DNA from: Tubulanus polymorphus
Lineage: Eukaryota > Animalia > Nemertea
NCBI RefSeq assembly: GCF_964204645.1
Contig: NC_134032.1
Coordinates: forward strand, 5,630,275-5,694,274
Length of the DNA: 64,000 bases
Direction of reading: 5' to 3'
The notes beneath the pieces were generated by a model. It did not search any database. It was not told where the DNA came from and saw nothing but the letters and a program-made list of their open reading frames with translations. The translations under genes and the position numbers were made by a program. This document shows, piece by piece, positions 50,388 to 61,420 of this stretch. Numbering within the stretch: the stretch's first letter is position 1; each line of letters opens with the position of its first letter.

Positions 50388-52519
50388 TGGAAGACCTCAG
50401 ACGACATACGAGATATGAGATATAACATACGAGATATGAGATGCAACATACGAGATACGACATATGACATACGAGATACGACTTATTTACAGTACGGGTG
50501 TCCGTCCGCTAGCGCGACCGCAGTGTATATTTTTCAACATCTACTCGGCGTTGTTGCGTATACTACGACACGTGCGCAGGCAGTGGCGTATACATTAACT
50601 ATGAATATCAATATGCGAAAAACGTTTCATTTGAAACGAAAAACATTTAAAAATATTCGATCAACCACTCCCGGGGACCGGCTTCTCGCTGTGACGTCAG
50701 TTGGCGGCCACTTAGTGTGAGACACCGATGGTCCGGTGATTCGAGTTGGCTCCAGAAATACGCCGGGCTACAGCCCCTAAATCCACCAAAAACGCCTCAA
50801 ATTCCATTTTTGAGTGTACAAAAATCCCTCAAAAAGAGTTAGCCATGGCCCCTTCAAATTGGTGGTCACTAAGAATTGCGCCTAGTCAAGGGTTTAAACT
50901 TCGCGTTCGATCGAGGGTTTTCGATGAAGAATGAAAGATGTATACGAATGCCGATGACCAAAGAGTTTTAAAAAAAGTCCGACACACGCGGAATCTGTGT
51001 TTAGTGTACTATGATTTCAACGAATGAATTGAAACATGGACATAAATTAAAAATACTTAAGATAACATAAATATATTGAATGAATTATTCATATTAAATA
51101 TCAGAATGGAGTTCCATTGTATCACTCTCAGCTCCTGGCCCTAGTCCAGCTGATTTCGTTTATCACGACGTTTTTTACGACGGGTGCAAACGCACCATAC
51201 GAGCAACGTTCCGGTGTTCCGCTAATTCCCCTGTCTAAAGAAATGTTACTTGATATTTCCATGGATCTCTTATCTTTACATATGTAAGAGCTGTTGTGTT
51301 TTGCTGAAGACTTATTTATGTGGTTCCTGTACTTTTGTCAATAAACAGTTTTAAAACTGGCCATGACAATTGATAAGAATGATCTTGAATTGGATTCTCC
51401 GATTATGAAAGTTATTCAGATTCAGCCATTGGCCCTTTTCATGAAAGATGTCAGAAAAGAAAGATAGCCAAAAAGCCCTCAGAATACACAAGTACCTAAA
51501 TTGAACAAATTTTCATGGCTTCAGAAAGACAGTGCCGCACTGCCCTGACGGTTAGCGAAAACTGGCCAGTCTCGACTCTCAATGGCTGGTCTAGTGGACT
51601 CACCAGTCTGCCCCGGTAGCTCGATAGGGATGGAATTTACCTGGGGATTTCAAACCTTGAGAGAGAGCACGGGAGTTCTTAATCTGGATACCAGGGCGAT
51701 GTACGGGTTCCCGGGTTGTTTGGGATTCAAGAACTCAGGCAGGGGTGTCAAACAGCGGAGGAGGGGTACAAGGGGGCCGGGATTTCCGGCTGTGGAGTTT
51801 TTTTTAGAATTTTGATTTCTGATGCAGAAAAAGCAGGCGGTTACGGCGGGCGGTGAACAGTAGTTATTTTTCTGCAGGCATTGAGTAACCGGAACCCCGG
51901 CTCCTGAACACCAGGCCGTTTTCAGACCAAAGGAAGACAAGAAATAGCATAATATTATGAACTTGAACAGTTTGATATCTTTTTAGTTTTGTGATTTGAA
52001 AAACTTTTCGTCGCCCGCGGGAGAGGAACGGCCGGCGGCGCGCCTAGTCCAGGGTGTTCACAGTATGGCCTATTATTCCTGAAGATGACTATTAGGATAT
52101 AGTCGAAACGTTGAAATAAACTACTATCTCGAAGTTTCATTTTCGGACTTTTTATTATCATTGTGGGATTCTCTCCTCATCGTGTCAACACGGATATTGT
52201 GTTCTACCTATCGTGAGTATGGCCTAATATCGTTGTGTCCGGTCCAGGTGTCCATTATCCAAAAGAAATCTATTTCTGGCGTGAATAAAATGTTGACTAT
52301 GTTGGTTTTCATATAATTGACGATGACTGTACGCGTCACCATGTTAAACGATTTATATGCAGTAAATATTGAAAAAACATACACTGCGGTGGCGCCAGCG
52401 GACGGACACCCGTACTGTAAATAAGTCGTATCTCGTATGTCATATGTCGTATCTCGTATGTTGCATCTCATATCTCGTATGTTATATCTCATATCTTGTA
52501 TGTCGTCTGACGTCTTCAT
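50388..52519. mobile_element. Putative non-autonomous TIR element with about 155-bp inverted arms containing 7-bp-based tandem repeats
   Basis: 50388-50545 is the near-perfect reverse complement of about 52360-52519 (ACATACG-AGATATG-AGAT.. repeats, then TTATTTACAGTACGGGTGTCCGTCCGCT). Confidence 0.65.
52073..52120 (+). ncRNA. Minimal type I hammerhead ribozyme motif (Penelope-like pLTR remnant, extends to about 52195)
   Basis: ttattc-CTGAAGA-t-gactat-taggat-atagtc-GAAAC-GTT-gaaataa: conserved cores, stem II, imperfect stem I. Confidence 0.7.
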
Positions 52520-53299
52520 CGAATCAAACGCGTTGCTACTCAGATTTCAACCATTCTTTCGATCGGCTGCAATATGATTGCACTATTAATCTATTTCAAG
52601 AAAACTATTAATCTATTTCAAGAAAAATACGAATATGCTTGTAAAGAATTGCTAGCTTTGAGTTTCATAATTGAGCCCAATTAAAGAATGGGATTGAGTG
52701 TTGGGATAATTCGCTTGGTCATTAACTTGTGCAATTTGCCGGAAAACCATCGTTTTTACTACATTTACCGGTATTTTACTCTGTTCAAAAGGTCTTAATA
52801 TTGAAAAGAGAAACTGGACCAGCCATCTATACAGCTTTTGATTTTACAAACAAGAACCTTATTAGTGTCTGATACACAGTACCCGGTACGAACCGCAGGA
52901 TCAGGATCGTCTCTCTGTTGTGGAGACAACTGCATGCCGCCAGGGCTCCGTGGGAAAGTCGTCGGTTGCTTGACCCAGCTGCTTTCCCTTTCGAATCGAG
53001 TCGAAGACTTTCCAGCAATCATGTGTGAATAATTGTGAAATGGATTTAAAATTATGGTTATCTAGATTGCAACGTTTCACTTCTAGTGGTTGTATTGTCG
53101 ACTTCACTCAGGACTTGCATGTTCTCGAGACAAATCCCAAAATTTCGATCAAGGACTCAACATTTTTCGGGTCGAATTCCAAATATAACATCTAACTTTC
53201 GCTTTTATTCTTGGTGACCCCAAAGAATCTGACAGCGAAAAAGAGGAAGAAATGGGAAAGAGGGACACGAAAAAATATGCTGGCTAATATAAAACGCGG

Positions 53300-53720
53300 A
53301 AAAGAAATCAATTAGACGCGTAGTTGGGTGTTTTATGGGTAGATGGCGACACTGTCGACGTTAGTGTAAATAAAATGGCGTCGAGTTTTCTCTCGTCGAT
53401 CAGCGCTTTTTGGCAGCGAATAAAAATGGATTTAATGTGGGATTTGCGCTCGCTATCGGATATATAAAACCAATCTCGTCGGCGGGATTATTCGTGGATT
53501 AATTACAGGTAATCGAGAATTGATTCGGGGGCTGTTGACGGGTTTTAACGGGTAGGTTGGGCTGGTTTGTCGGGGTAGGGTTGGTGCTGCTCTCCACTCC
53601 AGCAGTATATTGAAAAGTATACAAAAAACTGCTGTGTGTGTGTGTGTGTGCGTGCGTGCGTGTGTAGTGGGTACGAAGAATGGTCGGCCATTTTTTTACG
53701 CAATCTGCTACTGGAGAACG
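53300..53720. promoter_or_regulatory. CpG-rich promoter-like region with YY1-type motifs
   Basis: AGATGGCG (53341), AAAATGGCG (53372) and minus-strand AAAATGGCCG (about 53685-53694); elevated CpG; + strand donor CAG|GTAAT at about 53509; (GT)n/(GCGT)n tract at 53634-53665. Confidence 0.45.
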
Positions 53721-53829
53721 ATATGATTACAAGGGTTACAGTCTTGGGGGCTAGAAACCTAGGCTTTAGGGTTAGGCCTCTAGGGCCTACTACTGACAAT
53801 TATCAAATTGAAGAAGAAAATTTGGGTAA

Positions 53830-54022
53830 GATTCAAGAATAGGGGACTAGTGGTTAGGATTAGGGTTAGGATTAGGGTTAGGGTTAGGTTTAGTTCCCTA
53901 ATCATCATTAATTACTATATACATTACTATCATTATATATCATCATTATCAATTACTAATATTATCACTTAATTGATTACTATCACTACATATATATTGC
54001 TATAGTCCCCTATTCTTGAATC
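53830..54022. mobile_element. Small TIR element containing TTAGGG-like repeats
   Basis: GATTCAAGAATAGGGGACTA (53830-53849) and TAGTCCCCTATTCTTGAATC (54003-54022) are a perfect 20-bp inverted pair; TTAGGA/TTAGGG units at 53854-53893. Confidence 0.75.
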
Positions 54023-54026
54023 GCAC

Positions 54027-55103
54027 CGGTGTCGGATCCAGGCCCAAATTTAAGGGGTAGCACTCATTCAAGAGGCCCCTCACCCACCACAGGGGCTCGT
54101 ATCAGAGTTGTAGGTAATGTAATGCTCTGATGTGAGCCTATGTGCCCCCCACCAAGGGGTTTTTGGGGTGTTCCCCCCAGAAATTTGTTGAAATTAGAAG
54201 CCCTCTATTAGGCCTATAGCATCTGAGGCATTAAAATAGCAAAAAAGAATACCCTTGTCTGAATTTTAGGCAATAACAAAGGCCAACCACTTTTCAGTAT
54301 TTAGGCCTACATTGCAATTTGAACGTGCCCTTTTTAGAATGTGATAGTTATTGAGTCATGTTTTTGAGCCAACTATTTTTGGAGCCCTTTTCTGAATTTT
54401 TGCTAATTTAATGTGCCCTTCTTGGCAATATAATCTGATAATGTGCCCTTTGGGTATTTCTGCAATTTAAATAGGCCTATGCCCTTTTAGAATATGTGAT
54501 AGTCATTGAGTCGTGCCCTTTAGAGCACTTCTGTAATATGATTGAATGCACCCTTTTTTGGAATTCATTCTGCCCTGAGGGCGGCTTAACAGGATTTTTG
54601 AATCTATTTTTTTAGCCCTTTTCTGAATTTTTGGCAAATTAACGTGCCCTTTTTGACAATAAAATGTCCCCTTTTTGGCAATTGATTCAAATTCATTAGG
54701 GCATAGGCTATACCACAGACTTGCTCCGGATGTCGGATTTTGCGGGGGCTGTAGTGGGCCGGACAGTATTTTTACGAGAATTTTTTTAAAAGGGCACTTA
54801 ACAAATTTAAAGGGTTGCACTTGTCGCAGGTCCCTGCAGGGGGCGGATCTCGAGGGGGTTCCGAATTGTATGAGGGCATTCACTGTTAGACAAGGGAGGG
54901 CACTTTCTACGTCAATTCACAGCAAAAAAGGGCACTTAAGATCAAACTTCAGGAGCACTTAACTACGCTAAATAATGCCAAACGAGGTTATTTTTAAGCC
55001 AAATCCATCGTTTAGGGGCATCTCTAAGGGGCACAGACAAAGTTTGACGTATTCCAGAACCATCGGAACCCCCCTGGATCTACCCTGCCCAGTATCCGCC
55101 CCG
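54027..55103. mobile_element. Nested GGCGGATCC-type MITEs with degenerate GTGCCCTTTT repeats
   Basis: cggtgtcggatccagg (54027) ... gtatccgccccg (about 55102); inner caggggcggatctcgagggggttcc (54837) ... ggaacccccctggatctaccctg (about 55087). Confidence 0.5.
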
Positions 55104-55658
55104 AAATGATTACTATTGCAGAGACAAAAGCATTTTTCGATAGACCTATGTCCATTTCCACTTGACTTGAGAGCACTTATCATCACGTGGCCTAGCTCGG
55201 TCAGTTTTGATGCACTCTTATTAGGAAGGACATGCAGTTGACCTAAAACATTGAAAGATAGGCCTATCCAAGTCTTCATTGAAAAGGGGTTAGAAAAATA
55301 AAAGTTACTCAGTGATTTGAAAGTTAAACAATAGGCCCTATGTTTCCATGCCTACAAAACTTTCAGTTGGTAGGCATGGAAACATAGGCCCCTATATTGT
55401 TTAACTTTCAAGACATGATGGAGTCACTTTTTCTGTTTTCAACCCCTTTCAATAAAGACTGCAATCCTTCAATACAGTAAAGAATGGATTAAAAAACGAT
55501 ATTTTAGGTCAACTTCCAGTCTTTTCTGGTTCTAATAGGCCTATGACCGTCCTATCACGATTGATGAATCACTATAGGCCTATCCGTGTTGAAGTGATGT
55601 AGAGAGAATCCCACAATGATAACAAAAAAGTCAGAAAATGTTACTTTGAGCTAGTAGT

Positions 55659-55704
55659 TTATTCTACGTTTCGACTTTATCCTAATAGTCATCTTCAGGA
55701 ATAA
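55659..55704 (-). ncRNA. Minimal type I hammerhead ribozyme motif (same family; remnant spans about 55581-55705)
   Basis: Minus strand reads ttattc-CTGAAGA-t-gactat-taggat-aaagtc-GAAAC-GTA-gaataa: perfect 6-bp stem I and GUA cleavage triplet. Confidence 0.78.
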
Positions 55705-56354
55705 TATACTACAAAAATTATGAGATACAATCTAGAGACAAAAAGACTAATTCAAGTAATCAGAGATGATACAAACTTAAGGAAACTGTTTCTAACTGTT
55801 GTAACTGTTTCTACGTTAATTTTCCTTTAGTTTGTATCAAGTGTGATTACTTGGTTGATTTTTACATCGAAAAAATTACCTTTTTCATGAGTGGGTAAGT
55901 TAACTATTGAATAAGATCATAATAAAAATTTTGATGAATGGGCTATATGATCTCTAAAATCGGACTCAGTACTCTTTATCTAACCTTTTGTGGAAATAAA
56001 TTTTCTTTTAGGCCTTCATGAGGCCTTTAAAGGCTATGTATTGGTAAAATTCAGAATGAGAAAATGCTGTAGGCCTAGGCCCTACATTTATTTAAACAAA
56101 ATATCCACTTTGGAAGTTGAACAGTTCGAAAAGCTATAGGCGTGAAGGTATGGGCTTTATATTTATTTCAGTTGTGTCAATCACCCTGGAATTAACGATC
56201 ACTTAGTGAATTAAGTAAGATTTAATTCTCACAAGGTTGAGAGTGAACAAAATAGTTTATTTGCATAAACATTTCTGCTCTTCGAATTGAATTACTGGAA
56301 GAATAAGTGAAGAAATCCCGCCTTTCGAATTAAATTAAGCCCTATACTGATATG

Positions 56355-56463
56355 ATTTATAATTTTGAAACCACACGTTTCGGCTGTTGACTAACAGCCA
56401 TCATTCCACCTGATGATGGCTGTTAGTCTACAGCCGAAGCGTTGTGGTTTCAAAATTATAAAT
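56355..56463 (+). ncRNA. Second hammerhead family inside a 50-bp-arm palindrome (inverted Penelope-like pLTR fragment)
   Basis: ccac-CTGATGA-t-ggctgt-tagtct-acagcc-GAAGC-GTT-gtgg at 56406-56447; the inverted partial copy at 56355-56404 retains GAAAC. Confidence 0.68.
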
Positions 56464-56782
56464 TCTATTATTTCATTTATCAACAGTATACACGGATTAT
56501 AGTGTTTACTTGATGACTATTGGAAGAATGTAACATTAAGGTTTTTAGCAATCTTCAAAGTCATATAGGCCTACTAATTATTGTTGAGCACTCTGAGTCC
56601 ATGTTGTGATACATGAAGCCCACACATTGAATGACACGAGCGGATCTAGAAAAATGAATATATTTTTCATTTTTCTTGTAGATTTTTTATCATTGAGCTA
56701 ACCCTATGTTTTTCAAATGAATGGCATGAAATTTCCTACTAGTTTTTTCGATCTCATTTTAGTCTTATTGGTTTTCTTGCAG

Positions 56783-56849
56783 GTTAGAAATTCTGTTCCT
56801 CAACAGACAAAATTGAGCCTTCATATGCATTCCAGAAGAAGGGTCACAG
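56783..56849 (+). other. Candidate small exon of an unidentified gene downstream of the 53.4-kb promoter-like region
   Basis: ggttttcttgcAG|gttag...gtcacag|GTAATG; splice signals only. Confidence 0.35.
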
Positions 56850-57374
56850 GTAATGGAAAATAAAAGGTTTTACCATTTTTTGTGGGGTCCTTTTCCCCTT
56901 AAAAGCTGCTCTATCCAATAATTCCATTCATGATTTTGGTCAAAATCAGGAACTTTCTTGTTTCACGGTTTACTGACACTTGACTAAATGCCACGTAACA
57001 CTCATAGTTTTTGAAAATGTCCAAAAGTCACCACTTTCTTCAAAGTTTTGCTTCATAATTGACAGCTTTTTCTTCACTTGACTTCTAGCTTCTAGTGAAA
57101 CAAATTTCTTATGCCTATGGTTTAGCCATGACATTTTCTACTAAAATTATATTCAAAATAGATTTGTCTGTGGGGTACCTAGATAGACATTGTACAACTA
57201 TCATCATGTGGCCTCTAACAACATCTGTGTGACCTAGATATCATATTGAACTTTGCATATTAAAATCAGGGACCTGGATAGTAAATGAATGTATGTTGGA
57301 CATTGTGTTCTATAAAGAGTGTACAGGCTATTAGTGTGTTGACCCTACATTTAACCACATGTCCAATATGGTAC

Positions 57375-59492
57375 GCTGTGATAATGCCAGAGGTAAAAAT
57401 GCCAAGTAAAAATGCCAGGGGTGTAAAAATGCCAGAGGAAATAATGCCAAGGGTTAATTGATTCAATGATCATAAGAAACAAGAGTATCAAAACTTATAA
57501 ACTATTCATGGAAATTGTTGCGTTGATGTTATGAATTACAACAAACTAACTAGTCGAAAACTGTTTGAATTTGATCATAGGCCTACCTAGAAATATGCTT
57601 TATCAGAACTGTGTATTTAATATGTAAACTCTATGCATTCATTTGTTAATACTCATTAATTAAGAAATGTGTTATATATCATGACTATGTTCGCTTTTTG
57701 ATTTCAATTATAAAACGATATGCGCATTAATTTTTTAATATCCAATAATCTAAAAATATGTTGTATCTCAAAATCATCTTGTGCAAATAAGAATATCAAC
57801 AATTTAAATGAATTTCTTTGCTTATGTCAGACTTTATTTTTTTGATTTGTGATTCTCTTTATTTTATAAATATGTCATTCATTTTTAGCGAACCTATGGT
57901 TCGCTTTTGCTATCACTGGCTGATGACGTCATGCTTCCAATGCATTTGCCTATCGCGAAAAATTTCAGTTAAACCGGTGGCACCCTTTTTATCTAGATGG
58001 TCCTGAGATCTGATTTTTTTATCGGAGGTGTCATATAGTATCTATTTTACAATCTGAAAATTTCATAGAATTCTGAACTCTTGTTTTTGTGAAATAATCA
58101 AAAATATACCAAAATCGAAGCAAATTGCCGTTATTTTTGTATACATGCGTTTCTGTGAAATCAAAATGGACCTGGACTGCTAGTACTATAAAGTTTTGGG
58201 TGTTGTTCAAACATTTTAACATAATTTTAGCTGGAAAAACGTCTAGATTTACTTCCGGGCCGGTCTAAACACAGGGGTCTGACTCTCGCCTAACTCTCTA
58301 ACAACGTGGCTCGACCTATGAGCTATCGTTTCTTGGATAGATCCAAGAAATATGGTAGCCTATTAGGAACATTTTTAAAATTCAAGTGTGGACAGAATTC
58401 GCCGAATGGTGGATTTTTATTTTAAATTCGAATCAATCGAGATCAAGGTTAAATTTTATTTCATAATATTTCAGTCGCAATGTTGACATATTGTTTCAAC
58501 GGATCAAAGAGTTTTGGTTTCCTTGATTATATTTGTGAATGACCCGGATGCGTCTCCGTACACTAGAAACCACGCACTACCGCATTTCCTAGTCTAGAAC
58601 CTAGCCGTTGTTCGGGAACCGTAGCAGGGAACCGTAACAACGACTGGTATTCAGACTACCGCATTTCCTGGTTTATTCACCCGTGTATTTCTGCTCATTG
58701 AAGGTAAGATATTCTATTAATAATGATTTTCATTGGTCCTTAGTGCCCCGAAAATGTCTACTACAGCAAGATGTTAGAACGGGACCGACGGACAGGATAT
58801 CAATCCTCTTGTCTAGTATGACTCTGTGATTGCAATTCAATTCTCACTTCATTTTTATTGATCTTACGAATTGTTTTACAGATACCGGTACCCCAAGAAT
58901 GAATCACCACCTCAACTCATTGAAGCAGGAATTATAGATTTAAAAAAAAAAACACGTTTCAACAATATTCTAAGACAAAACTTCTGATATGATTAGGCCT
59001 AGCTCCTATCCTATCTTTTGATATGAATGTCATTATCTGAAAATAAATATGGTTATTTAAAACAAGAGTTGCCGTTTGATTATAGTCGCTCCTTTGAAGG
59101 TTTGAAAGGCAATGTGTATATCGATTTTCCTCTTCCCATCTTGCCACCGGCCCTTGCAATAAGACCAGCGTCTAATCCATTTTAGACATGGGATATAACA
59201 AGTCTAAACTGCCTATTAGTTAATGGTCAGGTGAGCTACAAGACCATTGGTCTTTTATTTAATTTTTATGATCATAGGGTATATCTAAACTATGCATTCA
59301 TTACGTAAAATCTAGTGTAATTAAAATATCAAGTCCAATGTTAGTATATTCTTTGTTTAAATTTCCTCATATTTCCTTCTGGCATTTTTACCTCTGGCAT
59401 TTTAACCGATGGTATGGTTTTTCCTCTGGCATTTTTACTTCTGCCATTATAACCTATGGCATTTTTTTACCTCTGGCACTATTACCTGGATT
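57375..59492. mobile_element. Putative TIR element with subterminal AAAATGCCAGAGGT repeat arrays in inverted orientation
   Basis: (aaaatgccagaggt)-like units at 57380-57455; reverse complements (acctctggcattt) at 59375-59490. Confidence 0.55.
58590..58658. mobile_element. 69-bp mini-MITE with 10-bp direct flank duplication
   Basis: CCGCATTTCC-TAGTCT..GCCGTTGTT...AACAACGAC..AGACTA-CCGCATTTCC. Confidence 0.7.
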
Positions 59493-59977
59493 CGACCAAT
59501 ATACCCCTTGAACAATTCAGTGGTGTTTATATCCCCGGGATGAAATCTTGTTGATGATAGACAAAGGGGGAACAGATGAAAAAATACCCCCCCAGTAAAT
59601 ATCCCTCCCCTGGTAACAATCCCCCAAATTTGATTTTACAGCAAAATATAATTAAATACGTCAATATTCTTATCTTGACAAACTTAGATAGTTTTCAAAA
59701 ATTTAGAATTTTCCATGGTGTTTTTCACAATATTCACCTTGTGTAATCTGTGATTACTGAAGCTATGTGCGTAAGAATGATATTATTCTGTGACTTTCAA
59801 CAAGCAACATGCAAAGAAAATGATATCGCAGTTTTGAAAATTTATATGAAGAAATCTAGTTTGGAAGTAATAGTAAAATATCTATGTACCCTGAATGTTG
59901 TAAAAAGTTTTATCTGATTTCATTTAGGTTTTATACTTAAGTTTGATAGAAAACTGAACTTCGAGGATTTTTACTTA

Positions 59978-60371
59978 AGCCCCGAACACACTATGCGATT
60001 TTATTCGCACAGCGTTTGCGATTACAGATTTTGCAGCAAAATTAGCTAAGAGTGTTCGGTCGGCTGCAGGCGATTTTCCTGTGCAATCTGTCGCATGCGA
60101 AACATGTTTGATATTTTCGCGGCGAATTTTATCACAGCGAAAAATTTCGCACAGTGTGTCCGTGAGATGCGAATTTCGCTGCAAACCACTCGAAATCGAA
60201 CCAATCAATGACGAGCAACAACAACAACAATTTTAAGTTTCCTGGACCCAGCCATAGTTTTGATCACATGATCTGAACTCTGCATGAGGTCGCTAATAGC
60301 TGATCGCATAGGTGTGTCCGCTCCGCGCTGTGCGATAAATTCGCAGCAAAAACGCATAGTGGGTTCCGGCT
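59978..60371. mobile_element. MITE family W copy, TTA TSD
   Basis: TTA-AGCCCCGAACACACTATGCG...CGCATAGTGGGTTCCGGCT-TTA. Confidence 0.85.
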
Positions 60372-61309
60372 TTACATTCGACATAGGCCTACAGTTCAAT
60401 GATCTACTTAAAATAAAATCACAGGGCATGCATTACTATATGAAAACAAATGCACAACTGTTTCCTTTATCTGTCCCAGGTTCCTGAGTAGAAACTTAAT
60501 TCCTAAAGTGGTCTCAATTCTTAATACTGGTCCTAAGTCCTTATATATTGGTCTATAGAACCAAAATGATCTTAAACACTGGTCTTAAGTTGTAAGGTTT
60601 GATAGGTTTTAGAACCAAAATATCTAAGATTGGTCTTAAGTTGTTAAATTGACTATAGAACTACTGAACTTAAGGTGGTTTTAAATCTAAAGCCATGACT
60701 ATAGAACCGGCATCAGACTCTAGAGCTTTCCTTTGGGACTAGCAGGTGTAATTGCTGGTGCTGAGTTTCAAAGACTGGGTATCAAAATTTTATGAGAAAT
60801 TATAAAGCTGAGAATTATTTTTGATGTGTGTCATTGGTACCAGATGAGAAAGAATGGATTGAAGTTCATTTTTGGACTTATTTATGAACTGGCCCCCTGG
60901 TCTACACACGAGGTCAGCTAACTCCGTTAGATTTTCGCATCATTTTCTGTGAGTAATTTTTCGCAGACGCAAAGCGGACATCGCTAATATTCCGGTGCTC
61001 TCCGTCGCCATGGTTACTGCTGGGCAGCTGTGTTTTCATGGCCACAAACGTGAAGAATAAATTATTGGCAGGGTTGACGGACTGTGTGAAGGGACAACTC
61101 TTGAATAAAATATCCCAATAGCTCCCTATATTGACCAACTTCCGGGTCTCCCAATAGTGAAGAATCTTCCAATACAGTCCCACAATGGGTCTGATCAGAC
61201 TTTGTTCGAACATACTAAGATACTGAAAGGTTGATAGTTTTTTGGTAATGATTTGAATGAGAATGTAATACATGTAGACTATTGTTTATTTGTTTGTTTT
61301 GTTGTGTAG

Positions 61310-61420
61310 GGGTGAGCTGCGCAGCAATCCTGACGACACATTCTGGAGAGGTATGAGTGCGCTTAGCTGTCTGTTGACTGGGAAGGCGAAAGTCACTTCA
61401 GCTAAATCATCATCACAATT
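61310..61420 (+). other. Candidate coding exon of unknown gene (GELRSNPDDTFWRGMSALSCLLTGKAKVTSAKSSSQ)
   Basis: T-rich acceptor ttgtttgtttttgttgtgtAG, open frame, donor GTAAGT at 61421; no recognisable homology. Confidence 0.3.

Noticed and set aside
53854-53893. True telomere or chromosome fusion site
   Set aside because: Only about 40 bp, degenerate, single orientation and enclosed in a small TIR element.
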